Assembly: GCA_963807395.1 (NCBI GenBank) | Contig: CAWEBW010000017.1 | Coordinates: 13,187 to 77,186, forward strand | Reading direction: 5' to 3' | Origin: an uncultured Acidimicrobiaceae bacterium | Lineage (GTDB): Bacteria > Actinomycetota > Acidimicrobiia > Acidimicrobiales > Palsa-688 | DNA length: 64,000 bases | Shown here: positions 1 to 11,359 of the stretch, one piece after another | Numbering within the stretch: position 1 is the stretch's first letter | How the letters are laid out: each line of letters begins with the position of its first letter | Made by a program: the position numbers and the translations under genes | The notes under the pieces: generated by a model | Seen by the model: the letters and a program-made list of their open reading frames with translations, nothing else | Told to the model about the DNA's origin: nothing | Database searches by the model: none

Positions 1-1796
1 CTCCTCCTCCAACAACCTGCGGTCCGAGACGTCGCGCAGGGTCAGAACCACGCCCTTGACGTCGGGGTCGCGCGAGAGGTCGTTGGCGATCACCTCCATC
101 TGGATCCATCGTCCGTCGGCGTGGCGTACGCGCCACTCGGTACGGATGGGGCCCGAGCGGCTGCCCGACAGCATGCTCTTGACGAGGACTATGGCTTGGC
201 TGGCGTCGTCTTGGTGGAGGAGCGTACCCACGTCGAGCGTCTCGACGACCTCTCGTTTGTAGCCCAGTACCACCTCGATCGAAGGTGTCACGGAAGTCCA
301 CGGCCGATCCAGATGCGCGACGACGATCACGTCAGAGGCATTCTGGATCAGCGAACGGAATCGGGCTTCGCCCCTGCGCTGATTGAGATCGGCCGCGAGC
401 TCAACCCGCTCTACGGCTACCACAAGCTGGGCGGCCACAGCGTCGAGGATCGACACGACATCCAGGGGCAGCGGACCCTCGTGGGAGATCAAGATGCGAT
501 AGCGCCTCCCGCTTCGCTCCGACAACGGGATCGAACTCCATCTGTCCCCCAACCGGACGCCCGCCGAGGGCATCCCAATGAAGTGGACCTCAGCAGGGGT
601 GGACTGGTCTGTCTCCTCAACTCGCAACTGGAGGCCTCCGAAGCCGATCGGTTCGCTCATCATCACCCGCTCTTTCGAGCCCTCGAGCTCGGTCAGGAGG
701 CAGGCCTTAGCAGAACCAGCGATCATGGCGTCCACAGCCACCACTGCCGCCGTGAGGACTTCGTCCAGCCCGGTGGCGGCCACGAGTCGCCCACTGAACT
801 CCCGTAAGGCGTGTTCTCGACGAGCGAGAACCGCTTGCGCTCGGGCCAGCCCGGTCAGTCGGGTCATGACGAGCACGAACGAAAGTGCCGACACCCCCGC
901 GATCATCCCGGCGTCTTTGGCTTGGCCGTCGACCAGTACGCGCCACACCAAGAGCAGCGGGCCCACCAGGGTCGCCCCGCTCAGCGCCAGCAGCGTCGAG
1001 CCGCTGAGCTTTCGGCGGCGGGGCTGCTTCTCCGTCAACTCGCGCATGGACGGGTGCAGAGCGGCTGCGCCCCACAACACATAGAACGCCACCCATCCGA
1101 AGTCGGTGGGTCCACCTACCTTCCAGTGGCCATGGAGTTGAATCCAGCCGTAGACGCAATCGGCGCTGAGCAGCCCGACGGCACCCAGGCTCAAGAGCCG
1201 GAGAGCAGAGTTGCGCCCCCCTCCGCCCGCGAGCAGCCGCGCAAGCATGCACAAGATGAGGAGGTCGCCCAGGGGATAGGCGATCGACACAGCCTTTACG
1301 AAGAAGCTCATGTCGTGAGAGTGCACGTAAGGCTGGATCAGGTAGATCCATGACAGCAGCGCTGCTCCTGAGGCGACGATTAGGGCGTCCAGGAGCGCTC
1401 CCACGTCTGGCTCTTCGCGGCGGCCCGCACTAAGCAAAGCAGGCCGGCGCCGAACAGAGGGTAGGTGATGAGATAGAAGACGTCCGCGAGCGACGGAAAC
1501 GGATTGTTCTCATGCAGATAGATGGTCAGCACGTCGTAGGTGATGTCGCCACTGATGAATGTCCCGAGCGCCGCGGCGACGAGGATCCACGGCAGCTTGT
1601 GCCGGGGCCGGTTCTTGACGGTGCCGACGACAACGGCCGCCGTCGCCCCCAACCCCATAGACCCCCACAGGAAGGTGTGGTAATGGAGAAACAGGAAGAT
1701 GAGAGCGACCAACGGCACGTTGGCGGCCAGATATGCCCGATGTCGCACACCCTTCACTTTGCCGACCAATCGGCTCATGGTCACCACAATCGGCAC
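1..1796 (-). CDS. Membrane-anchored PAS-domain sensor protein. The N-terminus is at 1796 and the C-terminus runs off the window. One apparent frameshift near 1395-1430.
   Basis: ORF 1380..1796 encodes several TM helices. Hand translation of the minus strand continues in another frame (ALLDALIVASGAALLSWIYLIQPYVH...) through a PAS-like block (EARFRSLIQNASDVIVV...RHADGRWIQMEV...LRDVSDRR) to position 1. Confidence 0.6.
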
Positions 1797-2380
1797 CTAC
1801 GGGTCGGACCTAAAGACCTAAAGCCCACCTGCGCCTCCTAAATGTTGGCTACTGCCCGGCTTTTACTTCAGCAGCCTCAGTGCCCCGACCGAGGCCGATG
1901 AACACCGACGAGATCGCGGCCGGCGCAGTGACGATTGTGAGACCCCATGGCCACTGATGGTTGCCGCCACGGACGATGAGAGACGATGAGAATCGTGTTG
2001 GGGTCGGCTGAACTCGCTCGACCTTGAAGCGATCGAGACCCTTTTAGAGACTGAAGCTGGTGCCGACTGGGCCGTGTACGCCGCTAGTTTCGCCCGTCCA
2101 GCCGGCACGATGAGGCCGCCCCAGCTGCCTCCCCCCACTACCGCCGGCCCCCCAGGGGGGCCGTTGGTGCCAGGAGGACGAAGGGCCTCGTGCCCAGGTG
2201 GCAAAAACCCAAGCCTTTGCGTCGTACTTACGCGCTCGATAGCCACCATGGAGGCACCGCCCGACGGAGGAAAGTTGGGCCCATTGCACCACACGCGCCC
2301 TCAACGGGCGCGCCGGGCGGACCTATGGGTGATGGCGGGCCATGTCGAATAATTCAACCGGAAGGCCGTGAACATGGCTA

Positions 2381-2560
2381 TTCGGCATATTTCGAACATC
2401 GCCGGTTACCAGTTTGCGGGCCGGGGTCGACGTCAAAGTCGTGGCCGGCCGGTTGGGCCACTCCAGCACCTCAGTCACGCAGAACGTCTACCAGCACAGG
2501 GTCGAGCAGCGCGACCGGGCCGGGGCTGAGAAGGTGGCAGGCATGCTTTTCGGGGCCGGA
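2381..2560 (+). pseudogene. Tyrosine recombinase (phage integrase) C-terminal remnant, about 60 aa
   Basis: LRAGVDVKVVAGRLGHSSTSVTQNVYQH matches the C-terminal integrase motif (LGHSS...Y.H). An in-frame stop lies just upstream (2369-2371) and there is no N-terminal or catalytic core. Confidence 0.55.
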
Positions 2561-2976
2561 AGAAGCGGTCGGCGGACTGGCGCTCGGTCCTGGCGCCGAG
2601 CAGCAGGGCGCCGATCACGTCGGCCGCGAACTGGTTCTCTGCCTTGGTCACCGGCTAGTCGAGGTCGACGTGCCACTGACCGAGCCAGCGGTAGGTCTCG
2701 GCCCGGTGGCCCAAGCGATGGGCTGCCATGACCGGGGCGCGGCGCCAACGGGTGGGTCTTCGACTTCGCCTTCGTCGACGGCGAGGGACTTGCCCCCGGC
2801 CCGGCGAAGGTCGCGCTCGCGCGCGAAAGGCAGCGGGTGCGCTCACGTTCCATGCTCACGAGGCGGCGCAACGGAGTCCTCCGTGACAGTTCTTGTGACA
2901 CTTTCGGGCGGCGAGATGGCGCCGTCATCATAATCACCACCCCCGACCTGCCCATATCTAGCTAGCGAGCTAGCTA

Positions 2977-3020
2977 GCGCGCTCGAAGGGATTCGAACCC
3001 CCAACCTTCTGATCCGTAGT
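2977..3020 (-). repeat. tRNA-Arg(ACG) 3'-half fragment, copy A (att-like)
   Basis: The minus strand reads ACTACGGATCAGAAGGTTGGGGGTTCGAATCCCTTCGAGCGCGC. That is anticodon loop CUACGGA, T-arm GGTTCGAATCC and the 3' acceptor strand. No D-arm or 5' acceptor follows. Confidence 0.7.
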
Positions 3021-3313
3021 TATTAAGCTTTGTGCGTTGGGCAAACCTACACAGACGCTGGTCGTCGACGAGCGTAAGCTGTCCAGTTAGATGCTGTGAG
3101 GATGCCTGGCTATACCGGCTCGGCGCGCTGCCGACTTCCGCAGCCATCAAGTCGACAATCGCTCGTATCTTCGGCAGAACCGTCTAGCCGAACGCCACCC
3201 GCAGCCAATCACCTGTCCGAGAACAACGCGGCCGCATCGAGCCGGGCATGCCCCGGTATCGTCGGAAGGGAGCGCTGGCTAACCCAAGTGGCCTGTGGAC
3301 CGTTACCCGGTGA

Positions 3314-3757
3314 TCAGGCAGGGGAGCGACGCAAGCCGACGCCAGGCACGCGTACGTAGCCGTCGGGTACGCAGGCTTCCATTGCCTTTCTGATGTCCTC
3401 TGCATGCGCAGTGACGTCATCCAGGTCGACGTCAGAGAGGACCCGAGCGAACCCGGCCTCGTCGAGTAGCTCAGCAAGATGATCGCGTAGCTGGGAGACG
3501 AACCAGGTGAGAGGCTCTCCCCGCAGCCCCTGGTCGAAAGGCATCGGGTCACCGGTGGCGGGGATGTGGTAGTGGGGGCCCTCAATGAAGTCATCGAAGC
3601 GAAGCAGCTCGGCTATATCGCCGTCGACCTCCCCGAAGACGCGCAGAGTAGCCCCCGCCGGGGCTCGGAAGCTCGCCTCGAACCGCAGCCCTCCGCAGTC
3701 CACCACCTGTCGGTCCGTGGCCTCCGGATGCCGCGGAATCTGCTGGTCAGCCATCAC
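3314..3757 (-). CDS. Hypothetical protein (147 aa)
   Basis: A clean ORF with plausible globular composition. I do not recognise the family. Confidence 0.4.
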   Translation of the reverse strand: MMADQQIPRHPEATDRQVVDCGGLRFEASFRAPAGATLRVFGEVDGDIAELLRFDDFIEGPHYHIPATGDPMPFDQGLRGEPLTWFVSQLRDHLAELLDEAGFARVLSDVDLDDVTAHAEDIRKAMEACVPDGYVRVPGVGLRRSPA

Positions 3758-4231
3758 GCCCTCCCTTCACCGAGCGGTCGCATCGGCACGCGACCAAACT
3801 ATCGAGTATCGAAAAGATGCCCGTCCGTAAAGGCGGTGGGTCAGGTTTGGGCCACTAATGGTCTTTGAGGTCGGCAAAACGACCACATTGTCCCTGCTCC
3901 GGCGACCATTCGAACGAGTGCGCCATTTGCACTGAAAATGCTGAGGTCGGTGGTTCGATTCCAGCTGGCCCACTGACTGAAAAAGCCTGGCACCACAATT
4001 GCATCTCCTGCTCTGACGTAGATAGCTCTTCCGATCCATCCCCGTCCGAACTGACTTGACAACTGCGAAGTGCTGGCTGCGGTCTCGCAGCCCGGTCACG
4101 ACCCTAGGACCGCGGGTACGAAGACTTAGCCAAGCCGTGAAGATCGCGCCATTTTCAACTCAACTAAATAACGGCTAGCCGATTACGCCCTTCCGCAGAC
4201 CTAAAATTTCTGAACGGTGCCGGACGAAGGC

Positions 4232-5071
4232 TCATCCCTTCGTAGCCCCGGCGACTAGGCCGCTCACCAGGTGGCGCTGCACGGCCAGGAAGATCACGAC
4301 GACGGGTAATGAGACGAGGACCCCCCCGGCCAGAATGGTCCCGATCGGGAGGGTATAGAGGCTAAACAGATCCTGCAGGGCGAGCGGAACTGTCTTCACC
4401 GAGCTCGCCGTGAGCAGCGAGAGGGCGAAGAGGTACTCGCCCCAGGCGAGGGTGAACGTGAAAGCACCGACTGCGATGATGCTCGGGCGAAGAAGGGGCA
4501 TAACTATCCTACGGACGACGCCGACCCGGGAACAGCCGTCGACCATGGCTGACTCCTCGATCTCTGCCGGCAGGGCAAGCAGTGCCGAGCGCAGCATGTA
4601 AACGGAGACGGGCAGCCCGAGCGGCAAGTAGACAATGCCGAGGCCGACCAGGCTATTAGTGAGGTGCAAGCGCTGCATTGCTACGATGAGCGGGACGAGG
4701 ACGACGAGGCCTGGTATGGCCTGACCGGCGAGGATGAGCAACATTATGGGCCCTCGGCCCCGGAAGGAGAACCGGGCCAGGCCGTAGGCAGCCAAGGCGG
4801 CGAAGATCGTCGTGACGATGGCGACCACCGAGGCCACGATGACGCTGTTGCGGATCGCCCCGGTGAAGCCCTGGGCGAAGACGGCCCGGAAATTCGCCAA
4901 GGTGAATGTGTGCGGGAGGAACCCGCCCTCGTCGAGGTCGAGATCAGTCCGAACCGATCCCAGGTAGAGCCAGATCATCGGCAAGAGCACGACGAATACC
5001 GCCAGGACCTGCGCCAAGGGGATGAGCAGGCGAGCTTTCCCTGTCGGACCGAGGGGGGACCTTTGCCTCAT
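4232..5071 (-). CDS. Carbohydrate ABC transporter permease (MalG-like)
   Basis: A 279-aa polytopic membrane protein. It has a binding-protein-dependent transport EAA-type loop (EIEESAMVDGCSRVGVVRRIVMPLLRP). Confidence 0.85.
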   Translation of the reverse strand: MRQRSPLGPTGKARLLIPLAQVLAVFVVLLPMIWLYLGSVRTDLDLDEGGFLPHTFTLANFRAVFAQGFTGAIRNSVIVASVVAIVTTIFAALAAYGLARFSFRGRGPIMLLILAGQAIPGLVVLVPLIVAMQRLHLTNSLVGLGIVYLPLGLPVSVYMLRSALLALPAEIEESAMVDGCSRVGVVRRIVMPLLRPSIIAVGAFTFTLAWGEYLFALSLLTASSVKTVPLALQDLFSLYTLPIGTILAGGVLVSLPVVVIFLAVQRHLVSGLVAGATKG

Positions 5072-5088
5072 CGTCCATTCACCCTCGC

Positions 5089-6072
5089 CTAGCGCCCCTC
5101 TCGGCTGTTCACCCGGGTCAACGCCAGGACTGCACTGCTCACGAGGATGAGCAGGACGAACATGGACACCCCGATCGCAGCGGCGGCGCCCGGTGCCCCG
5201 TTAAGGAAGAACTCCCGGTAGATCATGACCCCGGTTAGCTCCGAAGACGTCCCCGGACCGCCCTGCGTGAGGAGCCAGACCAGGTCGAAGCTGTAGAAAG
5301 CGAGGACCCCGAGGACCACGGACATCACAATCATCGTGTTCTTCATGAGGGGGAGCGTGATGTAGCGGAACCGCTGGAGCGCGCGTGCTCCATCGACTTC
5401 GGCCGCGTCGTAGAGGCCGTCGTCGATGCTCCTCCGGTTGGCGAGAAGGGCGATGGTCATAAACGGCAGGCCCTTCCAGCCGCTGATCACGGTCAGTGTC
5501 GGGAGCGCCAGCTTCGTGCTTTCCAGCGGCGTTGCAGCCCCGACGATCCCGACGGCCTGCAGCAGCGAGTGCACCGGTCCTCCCGAGCCGAGCAAGTAGA
5601 GCCAGGAGTAAGAGACCACCACGAAGGGCGTGACCCACGGGAGCAGCAGCAGGCTCGTGGCCAGCCCCGACACGAGCGTCGGCCGGCTAAGCAACAGCGC
5701 CAGTGGAAGGCCGACGCCAACCTCGATGACCAGGGTTCCTGCTGTCCAGAACCAGGTGTGGCCGAGGTCCGACCAGAACTCGGAGCTGGCGAATATTGTC
5801 CGGTAGGCCCCGATGCCCTCGAAGTGTGCGGTCGTGCTCTGCAGGAACTGCCAGTTCGTCAATGACAGCCAGACCCCATAGACGGCCGGCGCCAACGCAA
5901 CTAAGACTACGACGAGCACAGCCGGACCAGTAAGGCCATAGGGGACGAGCGCCTTCGTGGTGCTTGGGGTCCACCAACCGGCGCGCCACCCACCCCGACG
6001 TGGCCGCGTGGCGCCAGCGGTGGTTTCCCGAGGGGGGATATCGCCGAGCGAAGCCGGCTCCGCCACTCTCAT
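5089..6072 (-). CDS. Sugar ABC transporter permease (MalF-like)
   Basis: A 327-aa membrane protein with the loop DDGLYDAAEVDGARALQRFRYITLPLM. It is adjacent to, and co-oriented with, the second permease. Confidence 0.85.
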   Translation of the reverse strand: MRVAEPASLGDIPPRETTAGATRPRRGGWRAGWWTPSTTKALVPYGLTGPAVLVVVLVALAPAVYGVWLSLTNWQFLQSTTAHFEGIGAYRTIFASSEFWSDLGHTWFWTAGTLVIEVGVGLPLALLLSRPTLVSGLATSLLLLPWVTPFVVVSYSWLYLLGSGGPVHSLLQAVGIVGAATPLESTKLALPTLTVISGWKGLPFMTIALLANRRSIDDGLYDAAEVDGARALQRFRYITLPLMKNTMIVMSVVLGVLAFYSFDLVWLLTQGGPGTSSELTGVMIYREFFLNGAPGAAAAIGVSMFVLLILVSSAVLALTRVNSREGR

Positions 6073-6180
6073 CTCCGAACCCCACCGTTCTCTGCAAGCG
6101 TTTTGCGGCTCAACGAGGGCCGCGCCGGACGCGGAGGAGTGGCGGCGTGCCGGCGCAGCCCCTGTGAGGTCATGAGTGTC

Positions 6181-7497
6181 CTATTTGCCAGTTGCCGTAT
6201 TTATGGCCTTGCAGAGGGCCTGGGTGGCGGCCGGTACGGTCTTCGTGCCGAGCGCAACCGACTGGACGGCGGTCTGGACCGTGTTGGTTTCCAGCGCTCC
6301 CATCTGAGGTATCTCCGGCGCCGGGTACTGGTAGGGGTAGGCGTCGCTCGCTACCTGCTTTGCGAACACGCCCAGGGCCCCGCTGTTCCAGGGCGCTCCC
6401 TTAGCGGCGGCGATGTTCGCAGGGATGAGGCCGGTCGCCTTTGCCAGCGCTACGTCGCCGCCGCCGCCGGTCCCGACGTACTCGGCGAACTCCTCAGCGG
6501 CGCTCTGGACGCCGCCGCTGGCCGCAGACTTCCAGACCACGAGCGGCCAGCCGCCGTCAAAGCCGAAGCGCCCGGCCGGCCCGGCCGGGATGGGGGCCAC
6601 CCCGAGCTTGCTAAAGAGCGACGGGTTGGTCGCCTTCAGCTCGTAGTAGAAGCTCGAGTTATCGAGGATCATGCCCGCCTGGTCGGCAGTGAAGATGGCC
6701 TCGAGCGTGGACTCTGGGTCGACCGCAGCGTCCGGGCTGTCGAGGCCGTCCTTGTAAAACGACGTGTATAGGGTAAGGGCCTTCATGAACTGCGGCGTGT
6801 CGAAACCGCAGGCCCCGTTGGGCTGAAAGTAGCGCGCACCGTACCCTAAGTAGACTGACATGAAGTTCTGGACGGTGTTGTAGACGTTGTTCGCCTCTGG
6901 GAGGACGATGGGTATCGAACTGGTCTTGGCCTTGATCATCTCGGCGTCTGTGAACATCTGGGTGAACGTCGAGGGCGGGCTCGTGATCCCGGCGGCCTTG
7001 AAGATGACCTTGTTGTAGATCACCCCCCGGGTCTCGTCCACCAGCGGCACGGCGTACCACTGGCCGTCGAGGTGGTAATAAAGTTTATCGCCGGGGGTTA
7101 TGTCGGCGGTATCGGTCAGCTTGAGCGGCAACAGTTCATGCTCGGCGACGAACTCGGCAACAATGTCATTGCCGAGCATCGAGACGTTGGGTAGGGAGCC
7201 GGTCGCGAGGGCGGTGGTCAACTTCTGGGCCTGTTCGGCCCAGGGCACTGTGGACATCTGGATCGTGATGCCGTGGTGCGAGGCCTCGAAGCTCGCAATG
7301 CTGGCCTTGAAGGCGTCGATGCTCGGAGTGTCCGTCTGGAACTCCCAGAAGGTCACAATCTGGTTTCCACTCGCGGAGGCGGCCGGGGCGGTGATGCCGC
7401 CCGTGACGCCGAGCAGCGTCGCAGCGGCTAGGCCGGCAGCCGGAACGTGCCCTGACCTTGTCCGTCTCGTTTTTCCGTGTGCTTTTGCGTTTCTCAT
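6181..7497 (-). CDS. ABC transporter extracellular solute-binding protein
   Basis: Start chosen at MRNAKAHGK (GGGAG upstream). A signal-like AAGLAAATLLGVTGG is followed by a sugar-SBP-like body. The gene ends with TAG. Confidence 0.85.
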   Translation of the reverse strand: MRNAKAHGKTRRTRSGHVPAAGLAAATLLGVTGGITAPAASASGNQIVTFWEFQTDTPSIDAFKASIASFEASHHGITIQMSTVPWAEQAQKLTTALATGSLPNVSMLGNDIVAEFVAEHELLPLKLTDTADITPGDKLYYHLDGQWYAVPLVDETRGVIYNKVIFKAAGITSPPSTFTQMFTDAEMIKAKTSSIPIVLPEANNVYNTVQNFMSVYLGYGARYFQPNGACGFDTPQFMKALTLYTSFYKDGLDSPDAAVDPESTLEAIFTADQAGMILDNSSFYYELKATNPSLFSKLGVAPIPAGPAGRFGFDGGWPLVVWKSAASGGVQSAAEEFAEYVGTGGGGDVALAKATGLIPANIAAAKGAPWNSGALGVFAKQVASDAYPYQYPAPEIPQMGALETNTVQTAVQSVALGTKTVPAATQALCKAINTATGK

Positions 7498-7639
7498 TCG
7501 GTTCTCCCTTTTTGTGTGCTGTGGTTTCCCTCGAGGGCCTCGGGGCGAAGGACACCGGCTCGGCGCTCGCCTTCGTCGGTTGTGTTGATATCTAATAGCC
7601 GGGTCCTTATTGATATCTAGTGGGGCGCATGCCGGCACC

Positions 7640-8527
7640 CTAGGTTGAGGAATTATGCTGCAGGACGTGGATCTGCGTCCTCTTTCCTTTATGTAGCAGC
7701 AATACCTTGATCAGGAGGCCGGCATCAAGAGCCGCGTTGCGCAGCACCTGTGCCGTGAACGACACAGACTCTGCGCTAGGCATCGTCGGCTTGTACTCGA
7801 GGCCGATACTTCCGGAGTAGCCGACACTTTCGAGCGATTCGAGGACTTCCCCCCACGGGACCTTCCCAGTCCCCGGTTCGTGCCGTCCAGGGTCGTCCGC
7901 CACCTGGACATGGGCAATGCGCGAGCTCAGCTTGGCGATTACGGCGGCTAGGTCCTCACCCATACCGTGTGAGTGGTAAATGTCGAGTAAAATCCCTAGA
8001 GCGGGGCTGCCGACCCCCTCTACGACTTCCAGTGCCGTCAGGGAACTTGTGAGCAACGTGCCTGGGTGGTCGACCTTGTCATTTAGGGGCTCGAGGGCGA
8101 TCTTGACGCCGTGGCCTCCGGCGATGGAGGCGGCGGCTTGCAGTGCCCTTGTCACGGCTTCCAGTTGTTCAGGGTCGGGCGGGCCGGGGACGAGCCGCGG
8201 GCCAGCGGTCACCACCACGATGGGGCTGCCGAGGCGGGCAGCGACCTCGGAGGACTCCTTGACGGCTACGAGCCAACGCTCATGAGCACTTCGGTCGGCG
8301 ATATCGGCCTGGGGGTCGACTACGATTGCTGACACCCCGAGGCGGTGGTGATGCAGGGCGGCTTCGAGGCGGTCGATGTCGCGTCGGCGCCAGTACCAGA
8401 ACTCCACCTGGTGCATGCCGCTCTCAGCGGCGGCAGCCACGCGCTGCTCGATGCCGTCGGGCTCGGCGAAGATCCACTCGAGGCAAGGCGAAAGCCGTTG
8501 GTCGATAGTCTGGGACGTACCCGTCAT
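7640..8527 (-). CDS. Sugar phosphate isomerase/epimerase, TIM barrel (hydroxypyruvate isomerase-like)
   Basis: Motifs KIALEPLN, LLDIYH and GSIGLEYKP are typical of the xylose-isomerase-like TIM barrel family. Confidence 0.7.
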   Translation of the reverse strand: MTGTSQTIDQRLSPCLEWIFAEPDGIEQRVAAAAESGMHQVEFWYWRRRDIDRLEAALHHHRLGVSAIVVDPQADIADRSAHERWLVAVKESSEVAARLGSPIVVVTAGPRLVPGPPDPEQLEAVTRALQAAASIAGGHGVKIALEPLNDKVDHPGTLLTSSLTALEVVEGVGSPALGILLDIYHSHGMGEDLAAVIAKLSSRIAHVQVADDPGRHEPGTGKVPWGEVLESLESVGYSGSIGLEYKPTMPSAESVSFTAQVLRNAALDAGLLIKVLLLHKGKRTQIHVLQHNSST

Positions 8528-8565
8528 GGTGACGATCCCTCCTTACGTTATTTGCAATGAAGCCG

Positions 8566-9622
8566 TCAGGGGCTTGGGTCATAAGACAAGACGCATTGCA
8601 CTACGTCATGGTCGCCTTCGTCTATTGTCGCGTACGCTTTTGCGGCTTCTTCGAACGGGAACTCATGGGTGATCAATGGTTCGAGTAACATGCCGTCGAG
8701 CAAGCTTGTCGCTAAAGCCTTTCGTCGGTCTAGCGGCCATAATGGCCCCAGTTCAGGGTTTATCCCTCCGACCTGAGAGGAGACGATGCGGGGACGGTTG
8801 TGGTGGAACTCACCGGCGAGGTTGACCGCTCCCAGGTCCCCGCTGTACCAGGACAGGACGACGACCTTGGCGCCGTAGCCAACTGTGCGGATAGCTTCGT
8901 TCAGGGCAGGGGCGGCACCTGAGACCTCTATTACGATATCGGCACCCCGGTCGTCAGTTAGTGAGCGGACCCGCTCTGCCACGCTCCCGCCCGAGGGGTC
9001 AATTACGACGTCGGCGCCAAAGCGTGTGGCGAGTTCACGGCGTTGTTCGACCGTGTCAACCGCGACGATTAGCGCCGGACCGCAGCGGCGGAGCAACTGG
9101 GTCACCAAGAGACCGATCACGCCGAGCCCGCTCACGACGACGACGTCGCCGAGGACCGGTCGAGCATCCAGCACCCCGTTCAGGGCCGTATTCAGGTTGG
9201 CAACGAAGACTCCCACCGCGAGGGTCTGCGAGGGCCGGCAGGCGGACGACCGCTGACCAATGTGGGGCGCTCTTGGTGGCATGGGGCGTATAAGTGTAAA
9301 CGAGGTCGCCGACTGACAACTTGGCGCTCGGTGGGACTGACTCCCCTATCTGAGTGATCTGGCCCACTGCGGCATAGCCGTAGGCAAGCGGGTACGACCA
9401 CTCAGCCTGGCTCGTCTCACGGAAGAGCCCGGTGGCGGCGTCTCGTTTGCTGTGCCACTGGGGAGCAGTGCCCCGGAAGACGTTCATCTCCGTGCCGGCG
9501 CTGATGCCTGAATAGAGGGTCTGAACTGTTACGTCCTCAGCACCCGCGTCTGGGAGGAGCTGGTCGCGGACTTCGACCTTTCGCGGTCCTACGAAAGTTA
9601 CCGTCCTTGTTTGCAAACTCAC
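8566..9622 (-). CDS. Zinc-type (MDR) alcohol/polyol dehydrogenase with an apparent frameshift near 9245-9262
   Basis: The N-terminal half (GTG start after GAGGGGGG; ...YSGISAGTE...) and the C-terminal half (VVVSGLGVIGLL Rossmann motif) lie in different frames of ORFs 9056..9820 and 8566..9282. Confidence 0.7.
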
Positions 9623-9693
9623 AGTGCCCCCCTCGGGCTCATTTGGTTTGTCATCTTGGGCGAAGGACGGCTCCTTCGCTCGGGCTCCCAGCT

Positions 9694-10752
9694 TTACGTC
9701 GCCGTAGCCAAGTCCTGAGCACGAATATTTGGCCCTAATGCGGCCGGCCCCGTCGTCGCTCGCAAGACCAAGCGTGTGCTCAGCTTTACGTGGTCTTCCA
9801 GTGGTCGCACGACAGCACAACGGAAAGCCGCACGCCCGAGATCGAGCATCGGGACTGCTACGGTGCTCAGGGGTGGCGCCAGCGCGGCAGCGTACGTGTC
9901 GTCAAAGCCAACAACAGAGATTGTCTCAGGGACTCGGATGTTGTGCTCGTACAGGACTTGCAGCACTCCGGCCGCCAATAAGTCGGAAGCAGCGAATATG
10001 GCTGTCGGCGTTACCTCGGCGGCCAAGATCTCCTCTGCATAGTGACGGCCCGGTGACAGGAAGTCTCCTTCTGTGGTCGAGTACTCGCCTAGTATCACCC
10101 GGCTCGGCAGTTCTGCTTCGTGGACCGCGTCCAGGTAGCCGTTCAAGCGCTCGGCTTCTACCGACGAACTGGCAGGTGAAGACTCGTCGAGCCGTTGTCC
10201 GATAAATGCGATGTTCCGGTGCCCGAGGAAGAGCAGGTGCTCGGTAGCCTCGCGGGCACCCGCGTAATTGTCGACGGTTACCGCGGCCGAAGGCGCCTCA
10301 GTGGGTCGTTCCACTTGAACGACTCGCAGCCCTGCGCTGGTCGCAAGGGCTACGTTCGCATAGTCCAGTGCGGTCGTGAAGATGACGGCGTCTACCCTGC
10401 GCCGCAATGCTGCCTGGACAGCCTCGCGCTCTAGCCTTGGAGAGTGCTCGGCGTTGTAAACGAGGACCTCGTAGCCGAGGCTGGTGGCTTCGCGTTGGAG
10501 GCCCCGGGCGACGTGGGAATAAAAGGGGTTCGGGAACAGCCCATGGAGGATGTGAGCCACCGTTGCAACCCGTTTGGTCCGCAGGCTCTGTGCTATCGCG
10601 TTGACGTGGTAGCCGGTCCTGTTGAGTACCGCCTGGACGAGTTCCCGAGTGTGGGGACTTACCTTAGGGTCGCCGCGAAGGACCCGCGTAACGGTGGCAG
10701 TCGAGACACCCGCGAGCGAGGCTACTTGCCGTAAGGTGAGCGAGTCTTTCAT
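9694..10752 (-). CDS. LacI family transcriptional regulator
   Basis: An N-terminal HTH (LRQVASLAGVSTATVTRVL) is followed by a periplasmic-binding-like sugar sensor domain. It sits upstream of, and co-oriented with, the sugar operon. Confidence 0.85.
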   Translation of the reverse strand: MKDSLTLRQVASLAGVSTATVTRVLRGDPKVSPHTRELVQAVLNRTGYHVNAIAQSLRTKRVATVAHILHGLFPNPFYSHVARGLQREATSLGYEVLVYNAEHSPRLEREAVQAALRRRVDAVIFTTALDYANVALATSAGLRVVQVERPTEAPSAAVTVDNYAGAREATEHLLFLGHRNIAFIGQRLDESSPASSSVEAERLNGYLDAVHEAELPSRVILGEYSTTEGDFLSPGRHYAEEILAAEVTPTAIFAASDLLAAGVLQVLYEHNIRVPETISVVGFDDTYAAALAPPLSTVAVPMLDLGRAAFRCAVVRPLEDHVKLSTRLVLRATTGPAALGPNIRAQDLATAT

Positions 10753-11359
10753 AGGTCCCCCCGATGTTATCGATGACATTGAACGCTAGCCGATGTGTGC
10801 AACCATGTCAAGAAGCGGGACTTTGTCTGGCTCGGGTGCGGTCCCGTCGGCGACCCCTGAACGGCTCAAGCCCTCGATTGGTTAGCCCTTGGCACCCGCC
10901 GGTCATGCCGCTCGACCTAGAGGTCCGTTCGCCCCGGGGCAGGGCGCCCAACGGAAATCCCTGAGTCATGAGTCCAGCTTTGATGGGTCGGAAGGGCAGG
11001 CGCGGGGGGCATCAAAGCCGGCATCAGACAGATGCATCCGGCGAGCCGTCCGGTCGCAAGACTCGGCAACGGTCAACTCGCGTCGATGACGACGACCTCG
11101 ACCTTCGGGTTATCAGCCCCATAGGTGCTGTCCAGACGGTTCTTGCGGGTCCGTCCCAGTCCGCACTACACGTCGTGTACCAGGCATTTTGTCGTAGTCA
11201 AGAGCGTGGCCTGGCCATCAAGAGTGACAGGCCCGAGGGCAGTCTTTGGGATTTTTCTGGGACGGCTTTTTGGGTCATCTGAGCGCCAGGCTCAGATTGG
11301 TAGGCGATCAAGCAGTAATGGCTCCTTCCCAGCGGTGTGAGGCACTCGTATCTCAATTC

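Noticed and set aside
2957-2980. CTAGCTAGC tracts as synthetic all-frame stop linkers or a vector-derived artefact
   Set aside because: They are interleaved with duplications of the local tRNA acceptor-stem sequence (CTAGCGCGCTCGA) and differ in length and composition between copies A and B. This looks like local slippage at a recombination junction, not an engineered cassette. I cannot exclude an artefact without the reads.
3848-3975. tRNA-like element: a T-arm-like GGTGGTTCGATTCCAGC, a perfect 7-bp potential acceptor pairing (TGGGCCA / TGGCCCA) and a 6-bp hairpin (GCATTT-GCACTGA-AAATGC)
   Set aside because: The paired ends are about 126 nt apart. There is no D-arm, the T-stem has a G-G mismatch, and the putative anticodon loop lacks U33. 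At best it is a degenerate tRNA remnant. I would not call it a gene without tRNAscan-SE or Infernal support.
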